DNA of 64,000 bases from Longimicrobiales bacterium (GTDB lineage Bacteria; Gemmatimonadota; Gemmatimonadetes; Longimicrobiales; Gaopeijiaceae). A program made the position numbers and the translations under genes. The stretch spans positions 32,001-96,000 of the forward strand of contig CBDCKN010000014.1 in the NCBI GenBank assembly GCA_965218295.1. The letters are read 5' to 3'. Numbering within the stretch: position 1 is the stretch's first letter; the number at the start of each line of letters is the position of its first letter. Below the pieces are notes generated by a model. That model worked only from the letters and a program-made list of their open reading frames with translations, had not been told where the DNA came from and did no database searches. Of the stretch, positions 31,141 to 41,349 are shown in pieces.

Positions 31141-32962
31141 CTACCGCCCGGATTCGCTCGCTCCGCGGGCCCTGGGGATGACCGGAAGGGTCAGCCGGGC
31201 GGGGCGTTCCCCGTCGTGGTAGATCGTGTTCGTGGCCACCACGCCCGGGACCTCCTCATAGAGCTCCCTGCCGGTGTTCTGGTTGGGGTACCACTTGGGA
31301 AAGCTGCTGCTCTGGATGGCGATCCGGATCCGGTGCCCCTCCTTGAACACGTTGGCGATGGGAAACATCTCGATCCTGAACCGGTGCGGCTGGCCCGGCG
31401 TCATGAGGACCGGCCTCTCGAACCCCTCCCTGAACTTTGCCCGGAGCAGGTTCTGTCTCAGGTGCTGTGAATAGCCGTCGGGGTGCACGTCGCTGAGGGT
31501 CACCACCCAGTCCGTGTCCACCGCCGACGACGAGGCGTAGAACTCGAGGACCGGCCATCCCGTCACCTCGAGGTCTTCTTCGAGGGGTGGGGTCGTGTAG
31601 GTGAGGCTGAGGCGGTCCACCGGGCGATGGTCTCGGGCCCCCATCGGCTCGACGTGCAGGTCGCCGCCGATGGCGGAAAGAGGCTTCATCGGGTTGTACT
31701 CGTAGGAGTCCGGCGGCTCGCCCGACGAGGGCGGCTCGCTCGAGAGAAGCCCGTCGTTCAGGGAGTTGATCGATCCGGAAGGACCGGACCGGAGGAAGTA
31801 GTCGGTGTAGACCGTGCGGGCGAGGGGGAATTCGTTCTCGTACCGCCAGGTGTTGGCGCCCATCACGAAGATCTTGATGGGCGGCTCCTCCCCGATGCCG
31901 TTCTCGATCCCCTTGACGTGATAGTCGAACCACCGCAGGCGCAGCGCGTTGTAGTCGATGCTGGCCTTGGGGCCGAAGTCGAGATCGCCGATGACCCGGT
32001 TCGTCATAGGCGCCGGCGATCCCCGCACCCCCCCCCCACCATGCAGCCAGGGACCGAGCTGGAGCCTCCCGCTCTCACGTGCGCGCTCCCCTCCCCGCTC
32101 GCGGATCGCGTTGAACAGCCTGCTCTGAGCATCGGTGTAGCGATCGTACCAGCTCGCGTAGTGGAAGATCGGCACGTCGATCTTTTCGATCTGTTCGTTC
32201 ACGTTGAGTTCCCGCCAATAATCATTGTAGTACGGGTTCTCGATCAGGTCCTGGAACATGTCCGACATGATGGCGTCCCGGATCGACAGGTTCCCCTCCT
32301 GCTTCCGGCGGTACCATTCGAACCAGGCGTCATCCGGCACGGACACGCTGGGGCCGGCCGTCTGCCTGCCCACGGCGAGGGGACGGGGCTTAGCCATCTC
32401 GCGTTGAGTCAGCAGCCATCCGGGGAGGTGCATCTGGAGAGCGCCCCCCTGGTAGTGGATGTACCGGTAGGGGTCGCCGAAGGCGTGGGCGCAGAAGACC
32501 GCGGCCAGGTGGGGGGGGGTCGTGGGGGAGGATCGCGTACTGGTTCACGCAGGGGAACGAGAGCCCCATCGTTCCGACCTTGCCGGAGGACCAGGGCTGC
32601 GTCCCCGCCCACTCCACCGCGTCGTGGCCGTCGGGACCGAAGATCCGGTACCAGTAGTACTCCCCTTCCGACCGGTAGCGACCCCGCTCGTCCTGGATCA
32701 GCACCGCGTATCCCCGTGCCGCGAAGTAGTCGGCATGCGGATAGCTGCAGTCGCTCTTGTCGTAGGGGGTCCGCTCCATGATCACCGGCCAAGGGCCGGT
32801 CCCCTGGGTGGGAAGGTAGACGTCCGTGGCCAGCCTGACGCCGTCGCGCATTGGGACCATCACCTCCCGGCACTCGTAGGTCTGCGGCGCGGCCGGGCGG
32901 GGAGCCGCCAGGACCGATACGGCGACGGCAAGGCAATGGAGGATCCGGGTCTTCCTGCTCAT
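31141..32962 (-). pseudogene. CocE/NonD hydrolase with a single +1 frameshift in a G9 run
   Basis: Signal + VPMRDGVRLATD + GLSF in ORF 32390..33067; remainder in ORF 31141..32433; break at 32511..32519. Confidence 0.85.
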
Positions 32963-33432
32963 TCTTCTTCCTCCGGGTTTGGTGCCAGAAGTGGGGGCGG
33001 CAGCGCGGGACGGCGGCCCCGATGAAGCTGGCGGGTGACGATATGGCTGTAGTCCCAGTCCGAGCACCGGATCGAGACCTGACCCTCTCCGGGGTTGCGT
33101 CCGGTCCGCCCCGGAGCCGGGTTGCTGGTGACGAAGCCCGGCGAGATGAACAGTGTCCTAGTGCCCGGGCGGGAGGAGACCGGACACGTTACAATGCTGC
33201 GCGGACCCGGCGTGGTCAAGGAAGGGCGGAGGCGGGGTGGAATCGCCGCGCCCGAGGCGGCGATCACGTACCGGATCCGGCACGGTCATGAACAGCGCCG
33301 GGACGCCGCATGACGGACCCGTCGTCCCCTTCGAACGCTCGTGGCCCCACGTCCTCCCTATGGACCCCGAAGGGGGCCCCCCATTGCCCTCTCGGGCGAC
33401 GGGCCCCGGCCCGATCCGAGGAGAAAAAGTCC

Positions 33433-33461
33433 TTGACGCTCCGTCCCGCCCCCCGTATTCT
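33433..33461 (+). promoter_or_regulatory. Sigma70-type promoter
   Basis: TTGACG-17bp-TATTCT ahead of the degraded susC/CocE cluster. Confidence 0.55.
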
Positions 33462-33486
33462 TTTCCAGCGAAAAGACCCTTAGGAT

Positions 33487-33736
33487 TCACGCGGCTTGGC
33501 GGACATCGACCCGTAGGTCCAGTTCGTGGAGCCGACGCATGAGGGGTCCTGGAGGGGAGCCGGCTGAGCTGGGATCTGGGGCTTTCCCTGGCGACCAACA
33601 AGAACCGGGTGGAGGACCTGGCAGGCCTGGCAGCGATCTCGCTGAGCAGGAGCCGACAGCACCGGGAGGGCTTCCCCCTGTCCAGCTTCTTCTTCCGGAG
33701 GGTGGTCTCGGCCGAGTTCGTCTCTGGAAACAGCGG
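33487..33736 (+). pseudogene. SusC internal fragment (paralog of 14010..16988)
   Basis: NRVEDL..QHREGFPLSSFFFRRVVSAEFVSG versus QHRVGEALSSYYFKRVVSAEFVSG in susC. Confidence 0.8.
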
Positions 33737-35405
33737 CGGGCCCGCTTCTGGAGGTCGCCCAACGAAGAGACCCTGCTGGAGCCGGGCCGGGTCTACCGGC
33801 TCGACGTGAACATGTTCCCCACCGCGAACGTGTTCAAGAGGGGACACCGAGGTTGGGTCAATAGGTGTGTAAACGTATTAGGCGGCGTTCTTCCGCTGTT
33901 GGTGTGAGACGGGCTTTCCGTCTTCGAACTTTCTTCCTTCAAATACGTCCTTGAGGAGGTGAGGAGCGTCGAGCCTTCGGAACCGCTTCTCGGCCACCAA
34001 GAGCAACTTCCAGATTAGCGCCGTAAGCGCTCTCGACCCGCTTGAACCGCTTCGCTGCTGTCGTCCTGAGCCGTACCGCGGCGAACGGGCTCTCGACCAC
34101 GTTCGTCGTGCGTAGATGCTTCCAGTGGTCCTCGGGGAAGTCGTAGAACGCTACCATCCGCTCCCAGTCGTCCTCGAGTACGTCCACTGCTTTCGGATAC
34201 CACGGCCTATAGCGTCGGGCGAACACCTCGCGGGCCTTCAGGGCCTCGGCCCGGCTCGGTGCGTAGACCACGGCCCGGAGAAGATCCTTCGCCTCGCCCT
34301 GCTCCCGCTGAGGTAGTCGGTCCAGCACGTTCCTCATCTTGTGGTTCCAGCACCGTTGCTCACCCGCCTCAGGCCATACCTGCCGTACTGCGCCCCAGAT
34401 CGCAGCGTTACCGTCCGCCATCAGAAGCCGGGGCGCCTCGATGCCGCGTGCCTTCAGGTCCCGCAACACCTCGGACCAGGACTCGACCGACTCTCGGTAG
34501 CCCGCTCTCAGGGCCAACACCTCTTTCGTCCCGTCTCGCATGGCACCCAGCACCACCAGCAGCGCCGCTTTGTCCCGCTCCAGCCCTGCCTTCACATAGA
34601 TCCCGTCCGCCCACACGTAGACGACCTCACGACCCTCCAGGCGACGCTGGCTCCATTCCTCGAACTCCGCCGTCCATCCCGCCCGCAGCCGCCGAATCGA
34701 AGACTTCGACAGCGGTGCCCCCTCGCCCAGCAGGCCCCGCATCGCCAACTCGAAGTCTCCCTCCGCCAGTCCGTGCAGATACAGCTCCGGAAGCAGAGCG
34801 CCCAGCTCCTTCGTCCGCCTCGCGAACAACGGCAGCACGCGGCTCTCGAACCGCTCCTCAAGGCCTCGAACTCGAGGGCGTCGGAGTGTGATCGTGCCCG
34901 AGCTCATCGCCAGCCGCCTCGGCTTGCCGTATCCGTTGCGGTAGCCCTCGGTCGCGTCCACCACCCTCCTGCGCTCTGACTTCTCTCGCCCTAGCAACTC
35001 CGTGACTTCCTCCTCCAAGATCTGTTGAATGAACTCCTGCGCCTTCTCCCGAACCACTTCTTCCAGAACTTCCCACACGGGCGTCCTGGACTCACCCTCG
35101 GGTCCCACCGTATTCTTCCTCACGAGGCGTCGTTCCTTTCCCCCGGGCTGTCACCCGGAGTTCGCTGGTTATTACTCAGCGGAAAGGTACGTCGCCTCTC
35201 TTTTTACACACCCTTTGATCCTAGCTCGGGACACCGGATCCGGGTGGACGTCTCCAGCTCGAACTTCCCGCGCTTCGACGTGAACCCGAACACGGGGGAG
35301 CCCCTGGGACGACACCGGCGCATGATCGAGGCCGACAACACGATCCATCACAGCGCCACCCACACGTCCCATATCGTCCTGCCCATCGTACCTTCGGCGC
35401 GGTGA
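33737..35405 (+). pseudogene. CocE/NonD C-terminal fragment interrupted by IS256
   Basis: ARFWRSP..FPTANVFKRGH / RIRVDVSSSNFPRFDVN rejoin across the TSD. Confidence 0.85.
33849..35227 (-). mobile_element. IS256-family element (copy 3), +1 frameshift near 34025
   Basis: Same ends; 8-bp TSD gggacacc; ccgtaagcgc versus ccgtagcgc. Confidence 0.92.
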
Positions 35406-35510
35406 GCTCGGCATCAGGACGGCCTCCCGGGGGGCGGGCGATCCGTCGCGCCGCCGGAGCAGGCACCCTTCGAGCGAAAGGAATGAAGGAAGGGGAAGGA
35501 AAGGAAAGGT

Positions 35511-37421
35511 ATGCGAATGATGAGACGACGTTCAACGAAGGTGATGACCGTCGCAGCGGGCGCCCTCCTCTGGGCCCCCGCTGCCGGCGCGGTGCAGACG
35601 GAGGCCCCGCCCTACGATGGCGTTGCCGTCGAGACCGACCTCATGATCCCCATGCGGGACGGGGTGAAGCTGGCCACGGACATCTACCGGCCGGCCCGGA
35701 ACGGTGTCCCCGTGGAGGAGCCCCTCCCCGTCCTCCTCTACCGGACGCCGTACGACAAGACGCGCTGGAGATCTCCTCCTCAGGGGATCTCCCAGAGGGA
35801 GTTTTTCGTGAAGCACGGGTACGTGGTGGTGGTGCAGGACACCCGGGGCCGGTACAAGTCGGAGGGGCTCTTCCCCTACAAGTACCACGAGTTCGACGCC
35901 CCCGACGGGTACGACACCATCGAGTGGCTGGCGAACCTGCCGTACACGAACGGCAAGACCGGGATGTGGGGGACCTCGTACAACGGCCTCACGCAGGTCG
36001 ACGCCTCCAAGACGAATCCGCCGCACCTCACCACCATCGTGCCCAACCACGGCTCCATCTGGAACTCCTGGGAGCACCACATCCGCCATCAGGGGGCCTA
36101 TCACTGGGCGATCCAGCTGCCGTGGGCGCTCACCTCCGGGCTGCCGGGTGAACCACGTGCTTCCCTGCACGAGGAGTTCAGCCGGGAGGAGGCGATGGAC
36201 TGGCTCAGGGCGTTCCCCATCCGGAAGGGGTTAAGCCCCCTGGCCATGGCTCCGAACATCGAAGGCTACATCATTTCCCAGTCCACGCAGGGGGAGGCGA
36301 AGTACTACAGGGGGATCGGCCGGAACTGGGAGGACTACTACGAGCAGACCGCCGACATCCCCATGCTCCACATCGGGGGGTGGTGGGACGTCCTGAACGG
36401 GGGGATCGTCCAGAACTACGTCGGCCTGTCGAAGAAGAAGGGGCCCGTCCGTCTCCTGGTCGGCCCCTGGGACCACGGTAAGAATGACTGGACCTGGGCC
36501 GGCGAGGTGGAGTTCGGGCCCGAGTCGGCCGTCCACGACTTCCACACCTACTTCCACCTCCGGTGGTTTGACCACTTCATCAAGGGGAAGACCACCGAGG
36601 TGGAGGACGAGGCCGACGTCCGGGTGTTTGTCATGGGCACCGGCGACGGCCACAAGGACGGCAACGGCCGCCTCTTCCACGGCGGCTACTGGAGGGACGA
36701 GAGCGCCTGGCCGCTCCCGGGCACCCGCTTCACCAACTACTACTTCCACGGGGACGGGAGCCTGAGCCCCGCCATGTCCGGCTCCGGGCCCCCCTCCACC
36801 ACCTACAGCTTCGACCCGGCGGACCCCGTCCCCTCCATCGGGAGCGCCTACTGGATCTCCCCCGGCCCCTACGACCAGCACGAGCGGGAGGACCACTTCG
36901 GCTCGAAGCTCCCCTACCTCCCCCTCAAGGCCCGTCCCGACGTGGTGGTCTTCCAGACCGAGCCGCTCCAGGAGGACGTGGAGGTGGTGGGGCCCCTGGT
37001 GGTGAAGCTCTTCGTCTCCTCCTCCGCCCTGGACACCGACTTCACCGCCAAGCTGGTGGACGTCTACCCCCCCAGCCGGGACTACCCCCGGGGCTTCGAC
37101 ATGAACCTGGCGGACGGGATCTTCCGGGCCCGCTTCTGGAAGTCACCCGACGAGGAGAACTTGCTGGAGCCGGGGGAGGTCTACGAGCTCGACATCAAGC
37201 TCTTCCCCACCGCTAACCTCTTCAAGGAGGGGCACCGGATCCGGGTGGACATCTCCAGCTCGAACTTCCCCAAGTTCGACGTGAACCCCAATACCGGGGA
37301 GCCCCTGGGACGACACCGGCGCATGATCGAGGCCGACAACACGATCCATCACAGCAGCGCCACCCACCCGTCCCACATCGTCCTCCCCCTCGTCCCTTCG
37401 GGGCGCGGCGGGGAGCGCTGA
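35511..37421 (+). CDS. Secreted CocE/NonD family hydrolase (copy B)
   Basis: Protein identical to copy A from ETDLMIPMRDG onward; different signal peptide. Confidence 0.93.
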   Translation: MRMMRRRSTKVMTVAAGALLWAPAAGAVQTEAPPYDGVAVETDLMIPMRDGVKLATDIYRPARNGVPVEEPLPVLLYRTPYDKTRWRSPPQGISQREFFVKHGYVVVVQDTRGRYKSEGLFPYKYHEFDAPDGYDTIEWLANLPYTNGKTGMWGTSYNGLTQVDASKTNPPHLTTIVPNHGSIWNSWEHHIRHQGAYHWAIQLPWALTSGLPGEPRASLHEEFSREEAMDWLRAFPIRKGLSPLAMAPNIEGYIISQSTQGEAKYYRGIGRNWEDYYEQTADIPMLHIGGWWDVLNGGIVQNYVGLSKKKGPVRLLVGPWDHGKNDWTWAGEVEFGPESAVHDFHTYFHLRWFDHFIKGKTTEVEDEADVRVFVMGTGDGHKDGNGRLFHGGYWRDESAWPLPGTRFTNYYFHGDGSLSPAMSGSGPPSTTYSFDPADPVPSIGSAYWISPGPYDQHEREDHFGSKLPYLPLKARPDVVVFQTEPLQEDVEVVGPLVVKLFVSSSALDTDFTAKLVDVYPPSRDYPRGFDMNLADGIFRARFWKSPDEENLLEPGEVYELDIKLFPTANLFKEGHRIRVDISSSNFPKFDVNPNTGEPLGRHRRMIEADNTIHHSSATHPSHIVLPLVPSGRGGER

Positions 37422-37529
37422 GGCTTTCGTCCACATCAACGCGTCCCCGCAACCGGAGCAGTGGCCGGGATCCTCTCTCCAGGATCCCGGCCACCCGCAT
37501 TAGGGCCCACCCGGCTACCTGGGACGCGC

Positions 37530-37707
37530 GAGATCCCGCCCTGAGCCGCCGGACCTTCGTCACGCCCCAGGGAGAGAGCACCCGGAGGAAGTGCGTGACG
37601 CCGGCGGGAACGTAGTGGGCCCACAGGTGGGGGTTGTGGATGGGAAAGGGGACGATGGTGAACCGGCCGGGATCCATCTCGGCCTCCACCAGCGAAACCT
37701 GCACCAT
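37530..37707 (-). pseudogene. Diverged fragment of the NMNAT-like gene
   Basis: PGRFTIVPFPIHNPHLWAHYVPAGVTHFLRVLSPWGVTK parallels 9258..9851. Confidence 0.85.
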
Positions 37708-37715
37708 GAGGCAAG

Positions 37716-40040
37716 ATGCGTGAGAAGCAGCCCAGTGATCTCGTTCGCCACATCGTTATCGTTCTCGGACTGCTCAGGACCGAGGGTTTTGCCGAGGGTG
37801 TCGACGATGAGGAGACGGGCTCCGGTCTGTTCCAGCGTGGCGATGAGACCCTCCTCGAAGACGGGGTCGTCAAACCGAGTTGGGTACCGGTTGATGACCA
37901 CGCGTCCGTCCAGGACTTCAAAGAATTCCTCGACCGTGGAGTCCTCAGACAGCAAGTCGTGTTCGACAAGCCACCCCAGGATCCGGATCGGAAAGTCGCG
38001 ATGCCCCTCCGCAATGAGGAAGATCACCGGAGACTCGGATATCTCGGACCCAAGCCAGGAACAGCCGAAAGCCACAGACAATCCCAGGTCGATAGCCAAC
38101 CAGGTCTTACCCAGGGAGAAATTGGATACAAGCGCACCCACACCCCCCGCCGGGACACGACCCTCCACGAGGTACGGCCCCTCCACCGCGACGTCGTCGG
38201 CCGTCAGCTCTCGGAGGAGGGGTGCCCCGGCCTGGTCCCGCGTGAACCCCCCTCGTTCACTAGGTGGTGCGTACCATCGGAATAATCGGCGCCCCTCGTG
38301 CACCGACCCTACCCGGTTCTTTAGCTCCTTGGCGACTGCTGCTTCTACGATCCGTCGCTCCCGCTGCGGGAGGTCAGACATTGCAGAGTGCACCTGATCC
38401 AAGGCGGCTGAGCTAGGATCAAAGGGTGTGTAAAAAGAGAGGCGACGTACCTTTCCGCTGAGTAATAACCAGCGAACTCCGGGTGACAGCCCGGGGGAAA
38501 GGAACGACGCCTCGTGAGGAAGAATACGGTGGGACCCGAGGGTGAGTCCAGGACGCCCGTGTGGGAAGTTCTGGAAGAAGTGGTTCGGGAGAAGGCGCAG
38601 GAGTTCATTCAACAGATCTTGGAGGAGGAAGTCACGGAGTTGCTAGGGCGAGAGAAGTCAGAGCGCAGGAGGGTGGTGGACGCGACCGAGGGCTACCGCA
38701 ACGGATACGGCAAGCCGAGGCGGCTGGCGATGAGCTCGGGCACGATCACACTCCGACGCCCTCGAGTTCGAGGCCTTGAGGAGCGGTTCGAGAGCCGCGT
38801 GCTGCCGTTGTTCGCGAGGCGGACGAAGGAGCTGGGCGCTCTGCTTCCGGAGCTGTATCTGCACGGACTGGCGGAGGGAGACTTCGAGTTGGCGATGCGG
38901 GGCCTGCTGGGCGAGGGGGCACCGCTGTCGAAGTCTTCGATTCGGCGGCTGCGGGCGGGATGGACGGCGGAGTTCGAGGAATGGAGCCAGCGTCGCCTGG
39001 AGGGTCGTGAGGTCGTCTACGTGTGGGGCGGACGGGATCTATGTGAAGGCAGGGCTGGAGCGGGACAAAGCGGCGCTGCTGGTGGTGCTGGGTGCCATGC
39101 GAGACGGGACGAAAGAGGTGTTGGCCCTGAGAGCGGGCTACCGAGAGTCGGTCGAGTCCTGGTCCGAGGTGTTGCGGGACCTGAAGGCACGCGGCATCGA
39201 GGCGCCCCGGCTTCTGATGGCGGACGGTAACGCTGCGATCTGGGGCGCAGTACGGCAGGTATGGCCTGAGGCGGGTGAGCAACGGTGCTGGAACCACAAG
39301 ATGAGGAACGTGCTGGACCGACTACCTCAGCGGGAGCAGGGCGAGGCGAAGGATCTTCTCCGGGCCGTGGTCTACGCACCGAGCCGGGCCGAGGCCCTGA
39401 AGGCCCGCGAGGTGTTCGCCCGACGCTATAGGCCGTGGTATCCGAAAGCAGTGGACGTACTCGAGGACGACTGGGAGCGGATGGTAGCGTTCTACGACTT
39501 CCCCGAGGACCACTGGAAGCATCTACGCACGACGAACGTGGTCGAGAGCCCGTTCGCCGCGGTACGGCTCAGGACGACAGCAGCGAAGCGGTTCAAGCGG
39601 GTCGAGAGCGCTACGGCGCTAATCTGGAAGTTGCTCTTGGTGGCTGAGAAGCGGTTCCGAAGGCTCGACGCTCCTCACCTCCTCAAGGACGTATTTGAAG
39701 GAAGAAAGTTCGAAGACGGAAAGCCCGTCTCACACCAACAGCGGAAGAACGCCGCCTAATACGTTTACACACCTATTGACCCAACCTCAGGCGGCTGGAA
39801 GATCCTGCCAATCCACATCCCCGAGCAGCTCGGTCGACCTGATGCCTCGGAGGAAGCCACAAGACGATTCTGTCGCATCGGGTTGCGTGATGTCGAGGTC
39901 TGCCTCGAACAAGTCCCGGACGTCGGAGGCCTGGCCCTGGAGCCAATCCCATCCGACCCGGAAGGGCGGTACGAAGCTCTCCCACTCCCGCTCAACCAGA
40001 TCGGGGTCGTTCCAGCCCTCCCAACGGGCATATGTAGGGG
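37716..40040 (-). pseudogene. Primase-helicase remnant (PriCT-2-like + AAA_25), split by IS256 and truncated at both ends
   Basis: WEGWNDPDLVEREWESF..VGWDWL, then across the TSD SLGKTWLAIDL (Walker A), LIAEG, LLIVDTL (Walker B), SEND. Confidence 0.75.
38410..39788 (+). mobile_element. IS256-family element (copy 4), +1 frameshift near 39025
   Basis: Inverted relative to copies 1-3; 8-bp TSD aggcggct. Confidence 0.92.
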
Positions 40041-40170
40041 CTCGGCTCTCTCTCTCCTTGTGCGCCGGTCATCCGACGCAGTCCTCCTTGCAGCAGGCGC
40101 GGCTTGCTCAGTACGCAAAGGCGGGCAAGCTTCTGCTAGTACGAAAGACAAGAATGAGCGGGAAGCGTTG

Positions 40171-40896
40171 ATGCATGCCATAGAAACTATTCGGCCATCC
40201 ATGCATCAACTCAGGATCGTTGATGGTGAGAAACTCAGGGGCGTGCTCCGCGAGCTGTACGAAGAGCACGGGCCTGAGCGGGAGCCAGCGGAGTGGCTGG
40301 GGCTTCAGCAGCCGACCTTCCACAAGCTATTGACGGGCAAGACTAAGAAGGCGATCAGCTTCACTACGTACTCGAAGATCTGCGTCGCGCTCGGCGGCCA
40401 GCCGCATGCACACGGCCGGGAGATGGAGCTGGTCCCCCCGTTCGCACCGAGACCCGATGAACCGGAATCATACGACCAACGCCGAAAGCTGGCCCTCTAC
40501 CGAGCCGTCGAGCCTTTGGCTGACGCGGTCGATACTTGGGATGTCGAGCGGTCGTGGGCGGAACTGGATGCCGCCGATCTCCTGCGCCCCTATCTCAGGG
40601 CCGCCCTCAAGCGTGAGGCGGTCCTGCTCCGTGGACGGGGGCGTGAGTTCGAGAGGGTCAGGAAGGCCCGTCCCCCGATGACGTACTATGAGTACCTGGG
40701 TGAGTTGACCGTTAGAGACCATTTCTTCGAGGACAACCCGGGCGCGACCGAGGCAGACTGGCAGGCTGCCCTCAAGGCTTCCGAACAGGAAGAGGAAATA
40801 GAGACCGTGGGGATCGGCACTCGCCCGGAGGCACACGCTCACAACCCCTCGGGCAAGTGCCGGGGCGAGTGGACGGTGAGGTCACTCGCCCCGTGA
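40171..40896 (+). CDS. Hypothetical protein with N-terminal XRE-like HTH (3' end possibly chimeric)
   Basis: AEWLGLQQPTFHKLLTGKTKKAIS..KICVAL. Confidence 0.55.
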   Translation: MHAIETIRPSMHQLRIVDGEKLRGVLRELYEEHGPEREPAEWLGLQQPTFHKLLTGKTKKAISFTTYSKICVALGGQPHAHGREMELVPPFAPRPDEPESYDQRRKLALYRAVEPLADAVDTWDVERSWAELDAADLLRPYLRAALKREAVLLRGRGREFERVRKARPPMTYYEYLGELTVRDHFFEDNPGATEADWQAALKASEQEEEIETVGIGTRPEAHAHNPSGKCRGEWTVRSLAP

Positions 40897-41005
40897 AAAG
40901 CCAGTGGGGCAGCGGACGGGCGCGTGTGGGCGCGTGCGGGGCGAGTCGAAGGCATCACCACTCGCCCCGGTAGGGTGTGCCCGTAAGGGCACCCCCGGGC
41001 GAGTG
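40818..41005. repeat. Iteron-like cluster of CACTCGCCC motifs plus palindrome
   Basis: Seven matches or near-matches in both orientations; GTGCCC-GTAA-GGGCAC hairpin. Confidence 0.75.
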
Positions 41006-41115
41006 AGCCCGAGTTAGGAGAAGGACAAGGAGCACTGGAACACACCCCCTGCCATCAGGGGGTCGTCGGTTTTCGTACAGGCGCTTCGGAACCCGTCGGT
41101 ACATGGTCCCACTCG

Positions 41116-41243
41116 TTGCCCATCCACGCATCCGCTCGTCACATCCTTGCATGGGCGAACGGTGAGAGTGCACCTTGGCATGGGCACGGCCTCGCCTCGA
41201 TCAAGCCGGGTGCCGGACTCGGAAAGGGTCTTAAAATGCCTAT
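41116..41243. repeat. Dispersed non-coding repeat, second copy at 60581..60730
   Basis: Shared ttgcccatccacgcatccg and ctcgcctcgatcaagc.gggtgccggactcggaaagggtctt(t)aaaatgcctat. Confidence 0.8.
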
Positions 41244-41349
41244 GGCGCCGCTCCATCGCACAAATCGGGTTGGGCGCGCTCCTTGGCGTTCCGTTGGCCG
41301 TGTGGCTCTTCCGGTCCCTTGCTAGGATCCATTTCATGACCCAGTTGGC

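Noticed and set aside
37560..38612. 350-aa IS-ATPase fusion ORF
   Set aside because: Artefact of an IS256 antisense frame running into the split helicase
34015..39030. Programmed frameshifts in IS256 copies 3 and 4
   Set aside because: Different single-base gains in short homopolymers; mutation or sequencing error is more likely
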